DNA of 64,000 nt from NCBI GenBank assembly GCA_038206385.1, contig JBBRAW010000006.1, forward strand, positions 2,440 to 66,439. Direction: 5' to 3'. Each line of letters starts with the position of its first letter. Within the stretch, counting starts at the first letter, position 1. Both the position numbers and the translations under genes were made by a program. The notes under the pieces are model-generated. The model was not told the DNA's origin, searched no databases, and worked only from the letters and a program-made list of their open reading frames with translations. This stretch comes from Bacteroidia bacterium. GTDB taxonomy: Bacteria > Bacteroidota > Bacteroidia > AKYH767-A > OLB10. This document shows, piece after piece, positions 8,643 through 19,017 of the stretch.

Positions 8643-11600
8643 TAAAAACTCCACCATTAATCCATTCAACGAATCTTTTTCCTGTAGTAGGAATTGGAGC
8701 TTCTGCTGGTGGTCTTGATGCTTTTAAAAAATTACTCCATGCTATTCCTGATGATTCTGGGATGGCCTTTGTCCTTGTACAACATTTGGATCCTAATCAT
8801 GAAAGTATGTTGGCTGAAATACTTCAAAAGGTTACTACGATACCAGTATTGGAAATTTCGAATGATATTAAAGTAGAGCCAAACCATATTTATGTAATAC
8901 CAAGTAATAAAATGTTGGTAGCAAGTGATGGTGTTTTAAAACTCACACCTCGCACCGAAAAAGGATCAAGCAAATTCAATTTATCAATTGATTTGTTTTT
9001 TAAATCAATAGCAGAGATTCATCAATCGTATGCAATAGGTGTAGTATTATCTGGAACGGCGACTGATGGAACAAAAGGATTAAAGGCAATAAAAGATAAT
9101 GGCGGGATTACATTTGCACAAGAGGAATCGACGGCCGCTTTCGAAAGTATGCCTCACAGTGCCGTTGAAGCAGGAGTAGTAGATTTCATTTTGCCGCCTG
9201 AACAAATTCCTCAAAAAATTATTGAAGTAATTAAAAAAATATCTGGAAATAATAGCGAAGAGCAACGGATTCTGTTACAAGATGAAGAAGTATTCAAACA
9301 GATAATATCATTAATTCAAATACGTAAAAGGACTGATTTCACCTATTACAAACAAACTACCATTCGTAGAAGAATTTTGCGTAGAATAGCATTAAAAAAT
9401 AAAAGAGTTGCGAAAGAATATCTAACACTTCTAAAAGAAAATACAGAGGAGCTGGATTTGTTGTATCAAGATTTATTAATACCAGTAACAAGTTTTTTTC
9501 GTGATGCAAAAACCATTGAGAATTTATGCGAATCAATTTTCCCTTTGATAATAAAAAATAAAACTGCTGGAGAACCCATTCGTGTTTGGGTAGCTGGATG
9601 TAGTACTGGAGAAGAAGCGTATTCAATTGCAATCTGTTTAAAAGAATTTTTAGGAGACAATCAACGTGTACAAATTTTTGCAACAGATTTAAGTGATGCT
9701 GCCATTGCAAAAGCACGTACCGGAAATTATTCAAAAAGTGATGTAGAATCAATTTCGTCGAAACGATTAAGCGAATTTTTTATTAATATAAATGGAAGTT
9801 TTCAATTAATTAAGCAAGTAAGAGATATGTGCATTTTCGCAAACCACAATTTCTTAAAAGACCCGCCATTTGGAAAAATGGATTTAATAAGTTGTAGGAA
9901 TGTTTTAATTTACATGGAGCCTTATTTGCAAAAAAAGGCTCTAACAACATTTCATTGTTCGTTAAATCCTAAAGGATTTTTATTGCTAGGAAAGTCAGAA
10001 ACAACTAGTGGTGTTCCAGATTTTTTTGCATTAGCCGTTAAGAATGATAAGCTATTTTCTAGAAGAGAAACGCCAAACAGATTGATTCAAGTAGCTAGTC
10101 AACCTGCTGAACAAAATATTAATTACAAAAATAATACTATCAAAATCGAAAATATTCGCACCGACTTTCAAAAGTCTGCTGATGAGATTCTACTCAGCAA
10201 ATATACCCCCGCTGGCGTTGTTGTAAATGAGTTAATGAACATTGTACATTTTCGTGGAGGAACAGGCAACTTTTTAGAACAATCTCCAGGTAAACCAACC
10301 CATAATTTATTGCAGATGGCCAAACACGGTTTATCTTTTGAATTGCGCAATATCTTACATAAAGTTAAGAAGGAGAAGAAAACCGTTTTAAAAGAAAATA
10401 TTCCTCTTCAAGTAGATGGTTCAATTCACAACATCTCGATTGAAGCAATACCACTACCGAATAGCATTGAACCTTATTATTTGATTCTCTTTCACGATAG
10501 CTATTCCTCTAACGATAAGCATTTGTTGATGATTAATGAGACATCTGATTCTTCTAAAAGCAATAAAGATGAAAAGGATTTGCGAATACAACAATTAGAA
10601 AGAGAATTAGATCTAGCTCGTGAAGATATGCGTAGTATCACGGAGGAACAAGAAGCAGCTAATGAAGAACTACAACGTGCAAATGAAGAACTTTTAAGTG
10701 GTAGTGAAGAACTTCAAAGTTTAAATGAAGAACTAGAAACGAATAAAGAAGAATTACAAAGCACGAATGAAGAGTTGACGGTTGTAAATCATGAAATTAT
10801 TAGTTTAAACGAACTGATAACGGAGTCACGTGATTACTCAGAAGCGATTGTTGCTACTGTTCATACTCCATTAATTGTATTAAATAATCAGCTAAAAATA
10901 AAATCAGCAAACCAAGCATTTTATAAAACGTTTCAAGTTAATGAAAAAGAAACGGAGGATAAATTAATTTACGATATAGGAAATAAACAATGGGATATTC
11001 CAGCATTGAGAATTCTACTGGAAAAAATACTTCCAGAGCAATCTAAAATATTAGACTACGAAGTTTCTCATACTTTTCAATCAATCGGAGAAAGAGTTAT
11101 GCGTTTGAATGCTCAAGAAATTAAAAGAGATGAGCTGTCGAACAAATTAATTTTACTCGCTATTCAAGATATTACTGAAGAAAAAAAATTAGAGAATATT
11201 GTAAAAAAGAGCAATGATCATTTTAGAAATCTTGTGAAAATTTTACCAGCAGCAGTATATTCTTGTGATTTGGAAGGACGCATTACTTTTTACAATGATG
11301 CTGCTGCAAAATTATGGGGACATAATCCAGAGTTAAACATAGATTTATGGTGCGGCTCAACCAAAATATATACACCTGATGGTATAAAAGTTCCAATGGA
11401 GGAAAGTCCGATGGCCATATCGTTAAAGAAAGATATTGCAATAATAAATAAAGAAATTATTATTGAACGACTCGACGGTTCTCGATTAAATGTAATTGTT
11501 AATCCACAACCAGAATATAATTTACTAGGAGAAAGGGTTGGTTCTTTAAATATAGTTATTGATATTACTGAACAAGTTAATGCAAAAAATAAGAATCTAC

Positions 11601-12397
11601 AAGATCAAAAAGATTTATCCACTATTCTGGAAGAAAAAATAAAGCTAAGAACAAAAGAATTAAGTGATGCTAATGAATTGCTTTTGCAAAAAAATCAAGA
11701 GCTCGAATCATTTACTTTTATTTCTAGTCATGATTTACAAGAACCATTGCGCAAAATTCAAACTTTTTCTTCTCGTATTTTAGAAAAAGAAAAATTATCG
11801 GAAACTGGTAAAGATTATTTTCAACGTATGCAATCCGCCGCATCACGGATGCAAACTCTCATTGATGATTTACTTACTTTTTCCAGAATAAGCACAATCG
11901 ACCGAAAGTTTGAATTAATCAATTTACGTGTAATTATTGATGAAGTAAAAAATGAACTTCATGAAACTATTAATGAAAAGCATGCGATTTTAGAAGAGTT
12001 TGAACTTTGTGATGTAAGAATTATTCCTTTTCAATTTCGTCAGTTACTACATAACATAATTAATAATTCACTTAAATTTAGTAAAACAAATCAACCTCCG
12101 CACATTGTAATTAACTCTAGCATATCATTAGGGAAGAACTTTAATAACACTGAATTATTACCTGAAGTTACGTATTCTCATATTTCCATTACGGATAATG
12201 GAATTGGTTTCGAGCAGCATTTTGAATCAAGAATTTTTGAGGTTTTTCAAAAACTTCATCGTCGAGATGAATATGCAGGAACAGGAATTGGCTTGGCAAT
12301 TGTGAAAAAAGTGGTAGATAATCACAATGGTATTATAGATGTGCATAGTGAATTAGGAAAAGGCACAACTTTCAATATTTATCTTCCAACTTTTTAA
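8639..12397 (+). CDS. multidomain chemotaxis-type sensor: CheB methylesterase, CheR methyltransferase, PAS, coiled coil, PAS, HisKA-HATPase kinase
   Basis: CheB domain 'GIGASAGGLDAF...VLVQH'. CheR SAM-methyltransferase 'RVWVAGCSTGEEAYSIA'. Heptad 'EELQ..NEEL' coiled coil. H-box 'FISSHDLQEPLRKI'. ATPase boxes 'ITDNGIGF' and 'GTGIGLA'. Confidence 0.9.
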   Translation: MIKTPPLIHSTNLFPVVGIGASAGGLDAFKKLLHAIPDDSGMAFVLVQHLDPNHESMLAEILQKVTTIPVLEISNDIKVEPNHIYVIPSNKMLVASDGVLKLTPRTEKGSSKFNLSIDLFFKSIAEIHQSYAIGVVLSGTATDGTKGLKAIKDNGGITFAQEESTAAFESMPHSAVEAGVVDFILPPEQIPQKIIEVIKKISGNNSEEQRILLQDEEVFKQIISLIQIRKRTDFTYYKQTTIRRRILRRIALKNKRVAKEYLTLLKENTEELDLLYQDLLIPVTSFFRDAKTIENLCESIFPLIIKNKTAGEPIRVWVAGCSTGEEAYSIAICLKEFLGDNQRVQIFATDLSDAAIAKARTGNYSKSDVESISSKRLSEFFININGSFQLIKQVRDMCIFANHNFLKDPPFGKMDLISCRNVLIYMEPYLQKKALTTFHCSLNPKGFLLLGKSETTSGVPDFFALAVKNDKLFSRRETPNRLIQVASQPAEQNINYKNNTIKIENIRTDFQKSADEILLSKYTPAGVVVNELMNIVHFRGGTGNFLEQSPGKPTHNLLQMAKHGLSFELRNILHKVKKEKKTVLKENIPLQVDGSIHNISIEAIPLPNSIEPYYLILFHDSYSSNDKHLLMINETSDSSKSNKDEKDLRIQQLERELDLAREDMRSITEEQEAANEELQRANEELLSGSEELQSLNEELETNKEELQSTNEELTVVNHEIISLNELITESRDYSEAIVATVHTPLIVLNNQLKIKSANQAFYKTFQVNEKETEDKLIYDIGNKQWDIPALRILLEKILPEQSKILDYEVSHTFQSIGERVMRLNAQEIKRDELSNKLILLAIQDITEEKKLENIVKKSNDHFRNLVKILPAAVYSCDLEGRITFYNDAAAKLWGHNPELNIDLWCGSTKIYTPDGIKVPMEESPMAISLKKDIAIINKEIIIERLDGSRLNVIVNPQPEYNLLGERVGSLNIVIDITEQVNAKNKNLQDQKDLSTILEEKIKLRTKELSDANELLLQKNQELESFTFISSHDLQEPLRKIQTFSSRILEKEKLSETGKDYFQRMQSAASRMQTLIDDLLTFSRISTIDRKFELINLRVIIDEVKNELHETINEKHAILEEFELCDVRIIPFQFRQLLHNIINNSLKFSKTNQPPHIVINSSISLGKNFNNTELLPEVTYSHISITDNGIGFEQHFESRIFEVFQKLHRRDEYAGTGIGLAIVKKVVDNHNGIIDVHSELGKGTTFNIYLPTF

Positions 12398-12527
12398 TAA
12401 CATAACTATTTACATTTATAAACGATATACATTTTGCCATGTTATGTATGAATTAGTTTACTGAAACTGTCAACATAGTTGTGGCATGAGTTTTTATTAT
12501 TTGTAGTAAACATAAAAAAATACTATT

Positions 12528-12686
12528 ATGGGAAATTTACTCTATGTACTCGCAGTCATACTAATAATTGGTTGGCTAATTGGTTTTGTTGGATATCATG
12601 TAGGTGGTGGATTAATTCACTTACTACTTGTTATTGCTGTAATTGCAATTCTTCTTAGAGTTATTCAAGGGAATAAACCAATTTAA
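12528..12686 (+). CDS. lmo0937-family small membrane protein (52 aa), below the ORF-track size cutoff
   Basis: Hand translation gives 'MGNLLYVLAVILIIGWLIGFVGYHVGGGLIHLLLVIAVIAILLRVIQGNKPI'. This is the typical two-helix lmo0937 pattern 'I..GWL.GF....GG.IH.LLVIA'. Confidence 0.6.
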   Translation: MGNLLYVLAVILIIGWLIGFVGYHVGGGLIHLLLVIAVIAILLRVIQGNKPI

Positions 12687-12721
12687 AGATTTAATTAAAA
12701 TTGATTTCAACAATATAAACT

Positions 12722-12895
12722 ATGAAAATTTCAAAATTTATTCTTCTTTTTAATTTCATTTCGATACTCTTTATATTGAGTTCCTGTTCAGCAATTGCTG
12801 GAATATTTAAAGCTGGAATGGGGTTTGGGATTTTTGTTGTAATTGCTATATTAGTAATTATTGTTGGAATAGTTGCAAAAAACCGAGCAAAGTAA
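12722..12895 (+). CDS. small membrane protein or lipoprotein (57 aa), below the ORF-track size cutoff
   Basis: Hand translation gives 'MKISKFILLFNFISILFILSSCSAIAGIFKAGMGFGIFVVIAILVIIVGIVAKNRAK': a signal/lipobox-like 'LSSC' followed by one TM helix. It lies immediately downstream of the lmo0937-like gene. Confidence 0.4.
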   Translation: MKISKFILLFNFISILFILSSCSAIAGIFKAGMGFGIFVVIAILVIIVGIVAKNRAK

Positions 12896-12956
12896 AATTT
12901 GTTTAGTAATTAAATTTATTGCTTAGATAAATAAATTTATATGTTGAAATTAATTT

Positions 12957-12988
12957 AAGGGGCTTTGCTACAATTTGCAAAGCCCCTT
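12957..12988. terminator. bidirectional rho-independent terminator
   Basis: AAGGGGCTTTGC-loop-GCAAAGCCCCTT, a perfect 12-bp inverted repeat between convergent genes. Confidence 0.65.
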
Positions 12989-13025
12989 ACTTATTAATTA
13001 TAAAACAAAAAATTTGATTACACTT

Positions 13026-13856
13026 TTATGATTTCAGAAACTGCAGTAAATCATCATTGAGTCTTTCCTTGTGTGTAAACCATAAACCATGAGCTGCATC
13101 TTCATAAATTATATATTTATTAGTAGGTATTAATTTTGTTGATTCATCAGATGTCGTTAAAATTGGAACAGTTTGATCTAATTTACCATGTATGATCAAT
13201 GTGGGTACTGTAACTGATTTCATCTCTTCGCGGAAGTCGGTTGAAGAGAAGGCGATCGCACATTCTTTCGTTGCTTTAGGTGAAGCTACACCACCCAAAA
13301 GTTTATAAAATTCAAGCGAGGAATCACTAAGTGGATTCACTGCTGTATCCACTCCGAAAAACACTTTTCCAAACTCATCTAAGAATGCCATTCGATCGGT
13401 TTGAATTGCTGCAAGCATCTTATCAAATTCTTCCTGGGGAACTCCATTCTCGTTTGTATCTGTTTTTAACATATAAGGTGTAATCGCAGATATCAAAACA
13501 ACTTTAGAAATATTATCTCCATTAAATTTTGAGAAATAGCGTATAATTTCCCCACCTCCCATGCTAAAACCAACTAGAGTAACTCTTTTGAGTTGCAGAT
13601 GTAGAATAAGTTCGTGTAAGTCATTAGTAAGCGTATCGTAATCATAAACACCCCATGGTTTAGAGGAATGCCCGAATCCACGTCTGTCGTATGCAATCAC
13701 GCGAAAGCCATTGTTTACAATTGTATCAATTTGATATTCCCACATTTCTTTGCTTAGTGGCCATCCCGAAATAAGAATCACAGGATCCCCTGCACCGAAA
13801 TCAGTATAGGCAATTGTAACTTCTTCCGTTCCATTAACTATTGCTAAATTTTTCAT
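13026..13856 (-). CDS. alpha/beta-fold hydrolase (arylesterase/non-haem haloperoxidase-like)
   Basis: Nucleophile elbow 'GFSMGGG'. It has the typical length and HG-containing N-terminus of the AB_hydrolase_1 family. Confidence 0.85.
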   Translation of the reverse strand: MKNLAIVNGTEEVTIAYTDFGAGDPVILISGWPLSKEMWEYQIDTIVNNGFRVIAYDRRGFGHSSKPWGVYDYDTLTNDLHELILHLQLKRVTLVGFSMGGGEIIRYFSKFNGDNISKVVLISAITPYMLKTDTNENGVPQEEFDKMLAAIQTDRMAFLDEFGKVFFGVDTAVNPLSDSSLEFYKLLGGVASPKATKECAIAFSSTDFREEMKSVTVPTLIIHGKLDQTVPILTTSDESTKLIPTNKYIIYEDAAHGLWFTHKERLNDDLLQFLKS

Positions 13857-13968
13857 TTATGTTTTTTTCTTAAAACTAAAATTATATGCCAGACAAAAAT
13901 TTTGATGGCACAACTTTTTAAATAGAATCGTATTATTAATAATTTGAATCCTATTAATCAATAATAAT

Positions 13969-14775
13969 GTGCGATTGAGTGAACCTTCAAATACAATTAA
14001 GAAATATATATTCTCTAAAGGGATTGATGAATATTTCAATCATATTTACAAGGCATATTTATTCACATTATCTTTCTTCAAGCAAGCCTTAAAACGTCCA
14101 TTTCACTTTCGTGAAATTATTAATCAATCGTTTGAGGTAGGAATAAAATCACTTTCACTAATTACACTTACTGGATTTATTATTGGTGTTGTTTTTACAA
14201 AACAATCGCGCCCTTCCTTAGAAAATTTTGGTGCTACTTCTTGGCTTCCCTCTTTAATTGGTATTGCTATAGTAAAGGCATTAGGTCCGTTAGTAACTGC
14301 ACTTATTTGTTCAGGAAAAGTAGGATCAAGTATTGGTGCGGAACTGGGCTCTATGAAAGTTACGGAACAAATAGATGCAATGGAAGTATCAGCAATAAAT
14401 CCTTACAAATATTTAGTTGTTACACGTGTTTGGGCAACGATGATTATGATTCCCATTTTATCCCTGTATTGTAGCTTTGTTGGATTACTAGGTTCTTATG
14501 TAAATGTACATTCAGAAGAAGCTACAAGTTTTATCAACTTTTATAAAAACGCATTTTCAACCATCACTTTTATAGATCTATTTTCATCTGTGATTAAATC
14601 CATAGTCTTTGGCTTTACAATCGGTATTGTAGGATGCTACAAAGGCTTTCATGCCACTCAAGGTACACGTGGTGTTGGCAGAGCTGCAAATCAAGCTGTG
14701 GTGCTCTCTATGTTCTTGGTTTTTATTGAAGAAATTGTAATTGTACAAGTTGCAAATTGGTTTAGAAATTATTAA
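13969..14775 (+). CDS. mlaE: MlaE-family ABC transporter permease (phospholipid transport)
   Basis: Polytopic permease with the conserved MlaE/Ttg2B layout, first gene of a permease-ATPase-MCE operon. GTG start. Confidence 0.85.
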   Translation: MRLSEPSNTIKKYIFSKGIDEYFNHIYKAYLFTLSFFKQALKRPFHFREIINQSFEVGIKSLSLITLTGFIIGVVFTKQSRPSLENFGATSWLPSLIGIAIVKALGPLVTALICSGKVGSSIGAELGSMKVTEQIDAMEVSAINPYKYLVVTRVWATMIMIPILSLYCSFVGLLGSYVNVHSEEATSFINFYKNAFSTITFIDLFSSVIKSIVFGFTIGIVGCYKGFHATQGTRGVGRAANQAVVLSMFLVFIEEIVIVQVANWFRNY

Positions 14776-14779
14776 AGCG

Positions 14780-15559
14780 ATGGAGATTAATAAACCTACT
14801 CATACTATTAATAAATCTGAATCCGTAATTATTATTAAAGATCTCCATAAATCATTTGGCGAATTAGAAGTATTAAAAGGAATTGATTTAAATGTTTTTA
14901 AGGGAGAAAATATTGCAGTGCTAGGAAAATCAGGAACAGGTAAATCGGTGCTTATAAAAACAATAGTTGGTTTATTGAAACCAGATAAGGGAACTGTTGA
15001 AGTGCTGGGTAAAGAGGTGGATACTTTAAGTGGAAAGGAGTTAGATGCCCTTCGATTACGTATTGGCTTCTCGTTTCAAAATAGCGCTTTGTATGATAGC
15101 ATGAATATTTATCAAAACTTAGCGTTTCCGTTAACTATGAATATAAAAAATCTTAGTAAGAATGAAGTCAATCAAGCTGTAGAAGAAGTGCTTGACTCTG
15201 TGGGATTAAAAGATAAAATTTATCAAATGCCATCAGATCTTTCAGGCGGGCAACGCAAGCGAATTGGAATAGCGCGTACGTTAATTTTAAAACCCGAAAT
15301 AATGCTGTATGACGAACCAACATCAGGATTAGATCCAATTACTAGTAGTGAAATTAACGACCTCATTAATGAAGTACAACAGCAATACAACACAAGTTCT
15401 GTGATCATAACACATGACTTGACTTGCGCAAAAAAAACAGGAAATCGAGTTGCAATGTTACTTGAAGGAAAATTTCTAAAGATTGGAACCTTTGATGATG
15501 TATTTGAAAGTGATGACGATCGAATAAAAAGTTTTTTTAATTACAATTTTATACAATAA
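14780..15559 (+). CDS. mlaF: MlaF-type ABC transporter ATP-binding protein
   Basis: Walker A 'GKSGTGKS', ABC signature 'LSGGQRKR', Walker B 'MLYDEPTSGLD'. Start taken at the ATG 5 nt after the permease stop. Confidence 0.9.
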   Translation: MEINKPTHTINKSESVIIIKDLHKSFGELEVLKGIDLNVFKGENIAVLGKSGTGKSVLIKTIVGLLKPDKGTVEVLGKEVDTLSGKELDALRLRIGFSFQNSALYDSMNIYQNLAFPLTMNIKNLSKNEVNQAVEEVLDSVGLKDKIYQMPSDLSGGQRKRIGIARTLILKPEIMLYDEPTSGLDPITSSEINDLINEVQQQYNTSSVIITHDLTCAKKTGNRVAMLLEGKFLKIGTFDDVFESDDDRIKSFFNYNFIQ

Positions 15560-15562
15560 ACA

Positions 15563-16540
15563 ATGAATGATTTCAATAATAAGCGAACCGTAATAGTAGG
15601 ACTATTTGTGTTTTTAGGAATTATATTCCTTTTAACAGGTATATTAATGGTTGGAAATGTTCATGAAACTTTTAAGAGAAAAATGAAAGTTGTTGTACTA
15701 TTTGATGACGTTAACGGACTACAAACTGGAAATAATATTTGGTTTTCTGGAGTTAAGGTTGGTACTGTAAATTCATTGCACTTTTTTGGCAAATCTCAAG
15801 TTGAAGTAACAATGAAAGTAGAAATAAAAGCACAACAATACATCCGAAAAGATGCAAAAGTTAAAATTAGTTCTGATGGCCTTATTGGAAATAAAATACT
15901 TGTTATTTATGGTGGTAGTTCAAAATCAGAAGCAGTTGAAGATGGGGACACATTAGCTGTTGAAAAAACATTTTCATCAGAAGATGTATTAAATACTTTG
16001 CAAGAGAACAATAAAAATTTATTAGCAATAACAACCGACTTTAAAACTATCAGTAAAAAGATTGCAAGTGGTGATGGAACCATTGGAAAATTAATGAACG
16101 ATAACGCTGTTTACTCACAGATTGATCAAGCTACGAAATCATTACAGAATGCTTCGATGAAAGCACAGCAATTTGCAGGATCATTAGCTAAATTTAGTGA
16201 GGGGTTGAATAAAAAAGGAACACTAGCAAATGAATTAACTACTGATACACTTGTTTTTAATTCAATAAAATCATCTGTTGTGCAACTTCAAAAAATTACT
16301 GATACAGCTACTGTTTTTATTTCAAATCTTAAAGAGGTGAGTGGCAATACAAAAAGCTCTGTTGGTGTTTTGCTTCATGACGAAGAATCTGGTGCGCATC
16401 TTAAAGAAACACTAAAAAATTTAGCAAGTAGTACGAAAAAGTTAGATGAAGATCTAGAAGCCGCCCAACACAATATTTTTCTTAGAGGTTTTTTTAAAAG
16501 CAAAGCTAAGAACAACAAAAATGATTCAATACAAAATTGA
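15563..16540 (+). CDS. mlaD: MlaD/MCE-domain substrate-binding protein
   Basis: N-terminal TM anchor, MCE domain, extended helical C-terminus. Third gene of the Mla operon. Confidence 0.85.
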   Translation: MNDFNNKRTVIVGLFVFLGIIFLLTGILMVGNVHETFKRKMKVVVLFDDVNGLQTGNNIWFSGVKVGTVNSLHFFGKSQVEVTMKVEIKAQQYIRKDAKVKISSDGLIGNKILVIYGGSSKSEAVEDGDTLAVEKTFSSEDVLNTLQENNKNLLAITTDFKTISKKIASGDGTIGKLMNDNAVYSQIDQATKSLQNASMKAQQFAGSLAKFSEGLNKKGTLANELTTDTLVFNSIKSSVVQLQKITDTATVFISNLKEVSGNTKSSVGVLLHDEESGAHLKETLKNLASSTKKLDEDLEAAQHNIFLRGFFKSKAKNNKNDSIQN

Positions 16541-16620
16541 TAACTCTATTCATATCGAATTTATTTATTTTATATTTATTACCTTGGCATTAATTTTTAT
16601 AAAATAAATTAAACAACTTT

Positions 16621-17022
16621 ATGAAAAATAAAATAGTGAATAAAGACAATGAGTTACCTGGTTACCCACTTTATAAGCAAGAGGAAGATATTACTAATCA
16701 TGGTTCTAAATTAGACGCAGATGTAGATAAAATTTCTGATGATTTAAATGATTTAAAACCAGTTTCAAGAGATAATGATAAGAAAGAAACAGAAAAAGAA
16801 CCTTTGGTTGGAGAAAATGATGTTACTGCTGAAGACTTAAAGGTTCTTGGAAGGCGAGATCAAGATATGGATGACGGGGAAGATGAGTCTTTAATTCCAT
16901 TGGTACAAATGAATGATCAATTAATGGGAGGAGATTTAGATGTTCCGGGCAATGATTACAATGATCCAGAATTAGACCCTGAAGATGAAGAAAATAATTT
17001 GTTCAGTAATTCCCAAGATTAA
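16621..17022 (+). CDS. acidic, probably disordered hypothetical protein
   Basis: D/E-rich 133-aa ORF downstream of the Mla operon with no recognisable domain. Confidence 0.4.
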   Translation: MKNKIVNKDNELPGYPLYKQEEDITNHGSKLDADVDKISDDLNDLKPVSRDNDKKETEKEPLVGENDVTAEDLKVLGRRDQDMDDGEDESLIPLVQMNDQLMGGDLDVPGNDYNDPELDPEDEENNLFSNSQD

Positions 17023-17072
17023 TAAATCGCATGCAAACTTAATCGAATAATATCGTTTGAATTGAATTAACT

Positions 17073-17627
17073 TTGAATACTAAAGCAATTCAAATGACAC
17101 TGTCAATATCACATCCATCTAAAGAAGAATATCCAGAGCGATTTCAAGATGAAATTAACTTAGTTCATTATCCTGAATTAATTTCTGGATTAGAACAATC
17201 TCACATAACAACACTTTCATTTCTCCATGCTATTCCAAAAGAAAAATTACTATTTAGTTATTCAAAAGGGAAATGGACTATTAAAGAAATTTGGCAACAT
17301 GTTATAGATACTGAACGTGTTTTATCCTATCGAGCCATGTGTTATTCTAGAAAAGAATTGAAGTCATTACCTGGGTTTGATGAAAATGCGTATGCAGTAA
17401 ATAGCCATTCTAATAGTAGAGATTGGAATACATTGCTCGAGGAGTATTCACAACTTCGCACTTCAACAATAGCATTGTTTAAAAGCTTTGATGAAGAGAT
17501 GCTTTCTCAAATTGGATATGCAGGAATAAGCACAAAAATTTCAACAAGAGCTGTTGGTTTTTTAGTGCTTGGTCATGAAATTCATCATTCGAAAATTATT
17601 TCTGAACGTTATTTAAACGTAATGTAG
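17073..17627 (+). CDS. DinB/YfiT-like (DinB_2) metal-dependent hydrolase family protein
   Basis: C-terminal 'LGHEIHHSKIISERYL' His-rich four-helix-bundle signature. It is a paralog of 58539..59054. Confidence 0.75.
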   Translation: MNTKAIQMTLSISHPSKEEYPERFQDEINLVHYPELISGLEQSHITTLSFLHAIPKEKLLFSYSKGKWTIKEIWQHVIDTERVLSYRAMCYSRKELKSLPGFDENAYAVNSHSNSRDWNTLLEEYSQLRTSTIALFKSFDEEMLSQIGYAGISTKISTRAVGFLVLGHEIHHSKIISERYLNVM

Positions 17628-17633
17628 TTTCTA

Positions 17634-18191
17634 TCAACTTTTTTTCCACATTGGATTTTTTTTCAGAACCTTCTTAAAAATCGGACAACCTTCAACATGT
17701 GCACCTGTAAGATAACCTGTACTCATTAAAAATTCGTTTACGATTTCACCTCCGGTAAATCGGAATGTCTTTTTGAAGACTTTTACCCATTCATCTTTAG
17801 GAAGTGGATGATGATGGTCTATCCAATTCTTAAATGAACCGTATTCTTTTTGTAACAATTTTACAGCCTTTGCATTTTCAATTGCTGCTTCAACTTTTAA
17901 TCGATTGCGAATAATTCCCGCATCACCTAATAGTCGAAGTCTATCCTTTTCTCCATATTTGGCTATTCGATTAATATCAAATTGATGATAGGCTTTAAAA
18001 AAATTATCCTTTTTATTAAGAATTGTTGTCCATGATAATCCTGCTTGATTAATCTCTAAAATCAATCTTGCGAACAGGTGATTATCATCAAGAATAGGAA
18101 ATCCGTACTCCAGATCGTGATAATGTTTATGTACGTTGTCATTTTCTGTACTAAATGCAAATTCACAATAAGAACTGTACACTGGTTTCAT
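17634..18191 (-). CDS. tag: DNA-3-methyladenine glycosylase I
   Basis: Tag family hallmarks: N-terminal 'C..AF....D..YHD.EYG', a HhH motif and a C-x-H...C cluster. Confidence 0.9.
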   Translation of the reverse strand: MKPVYSSYCEFAFSTENDNVHKHYHDLEYGFPILDDNHLFARLILEINQAGLSWTTILNKKDNFFKAYHQFDINRIAKYGEKDRLRLLGDAGIIRNRLKVEAAIENAKAVKLLQKEYGSFKNWIDHHHPLPKDEWVKVFKKTFRFTGGEIVNEFLMSTGYLTGAHVEGCPIFKKVLKKNPMWKKS

Positions 18192-18390
18192 CAGGAATAA
18201 TATTTAATCTTCGAAATTAACTTTTTTTTAGTGTACAATCAAAATTTAGTTTGTTAGAAAAGGAAACACACTTGTATAGCGAGTTGCTATCTTTTCCTAC
18301 CACATCAATCATGACCAAATAGCTGCAATTTAAAAGTAGTCAGCTTGTAATTACTTCTACATTACTTTCGCCTTCAATTTTTATATTATT

Positions 18391-18615
18391 TTATTCTTCG
18401 GAATTCTTATAATAACTTAATGCACCAGAAGGACATTTCTTTACTTGCTCAATAATCTCTTCTGTTGTTGAACCTTCTGGCGTAATCCAAGGACGCTTAC
18501 GTGGATCAAAAACAGATGACAATCCATTAAAGCAAATCGCAGAATGAATACATAAGTTTGGCTTCCAAATTATAGTTACCTCTCCATTACTATATTTTTT
18601 TGTTATGTCATTCAT
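18391..18615 (-). CDS. divergent 4Fe-4S mono-cluster (ferredoxin-like) small protein
   Basis: 74 aa with Cys pattern 'C..H...C ... C' and a 'CP.GAL' motif typical of the Fer4_19/DUF1271 family. Confidence 0.6.
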   Translation of the reverse strand: MNDITKKYSNGEVTIIWKPNLCIHSAICFNGLSSVFDPRKRPWITPEGSTTEEIIEQVKKCPSGALSYYKNSEE

Positions 18616-18618
18616 GCG

Positions 18619-19017
18619 TTAAGCAATTTGAGTTATTATTTCAATTGGTTGAGTTAATATTTTATGAACGGGACATACTTTTGCAATTTGCAATAATCGT
18701 TCACGTTTTGTTTCATCAAGTTCTCCAAGAAAGGAAAGAGCACAAGAAAATAAAGTTTTGCCATTAACATTTGAGATTTTTACATCAACTGTAATTTCAT
18801 CAATAATCCATTGTTTACGGTTAATATACATCCGTAAAGTTATTGCTGTACAGGAGGCTAAACTTCCTGCAAGAATTTCTTTTGGTGACGGACCCATGTC
18901 TTGACCTCCAGATGAAGAAGGTTCATCAGAAGAAAATTTCCCGTTACGATATTCTATTTGTGTTAAGTAAGGAGTAACTCCAATCTTAGCAATTACATTT
19001 ATTTGTTCATCCATCAT
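18619..19017 (-). CDS. OsmC/Ohr-family peroxiredoxin-like protein
   Basis: Two conserved Cys ('SCTAITL' and 'VCPVHK') in the size and context of OsmC. Confidence 0.85.
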   Translation of the reverse strand: MMDEQINVIAKIGVTPYLTQIEYRNGKFSSDEPSSSGGQDMGPSPKEILAGSLASCTAITLRMYINRKQWIIDEITVDVKISNVNGKTLFSCALSFLGELDETKRERLLQIAKVCPVHKILTQPIEIITQIA

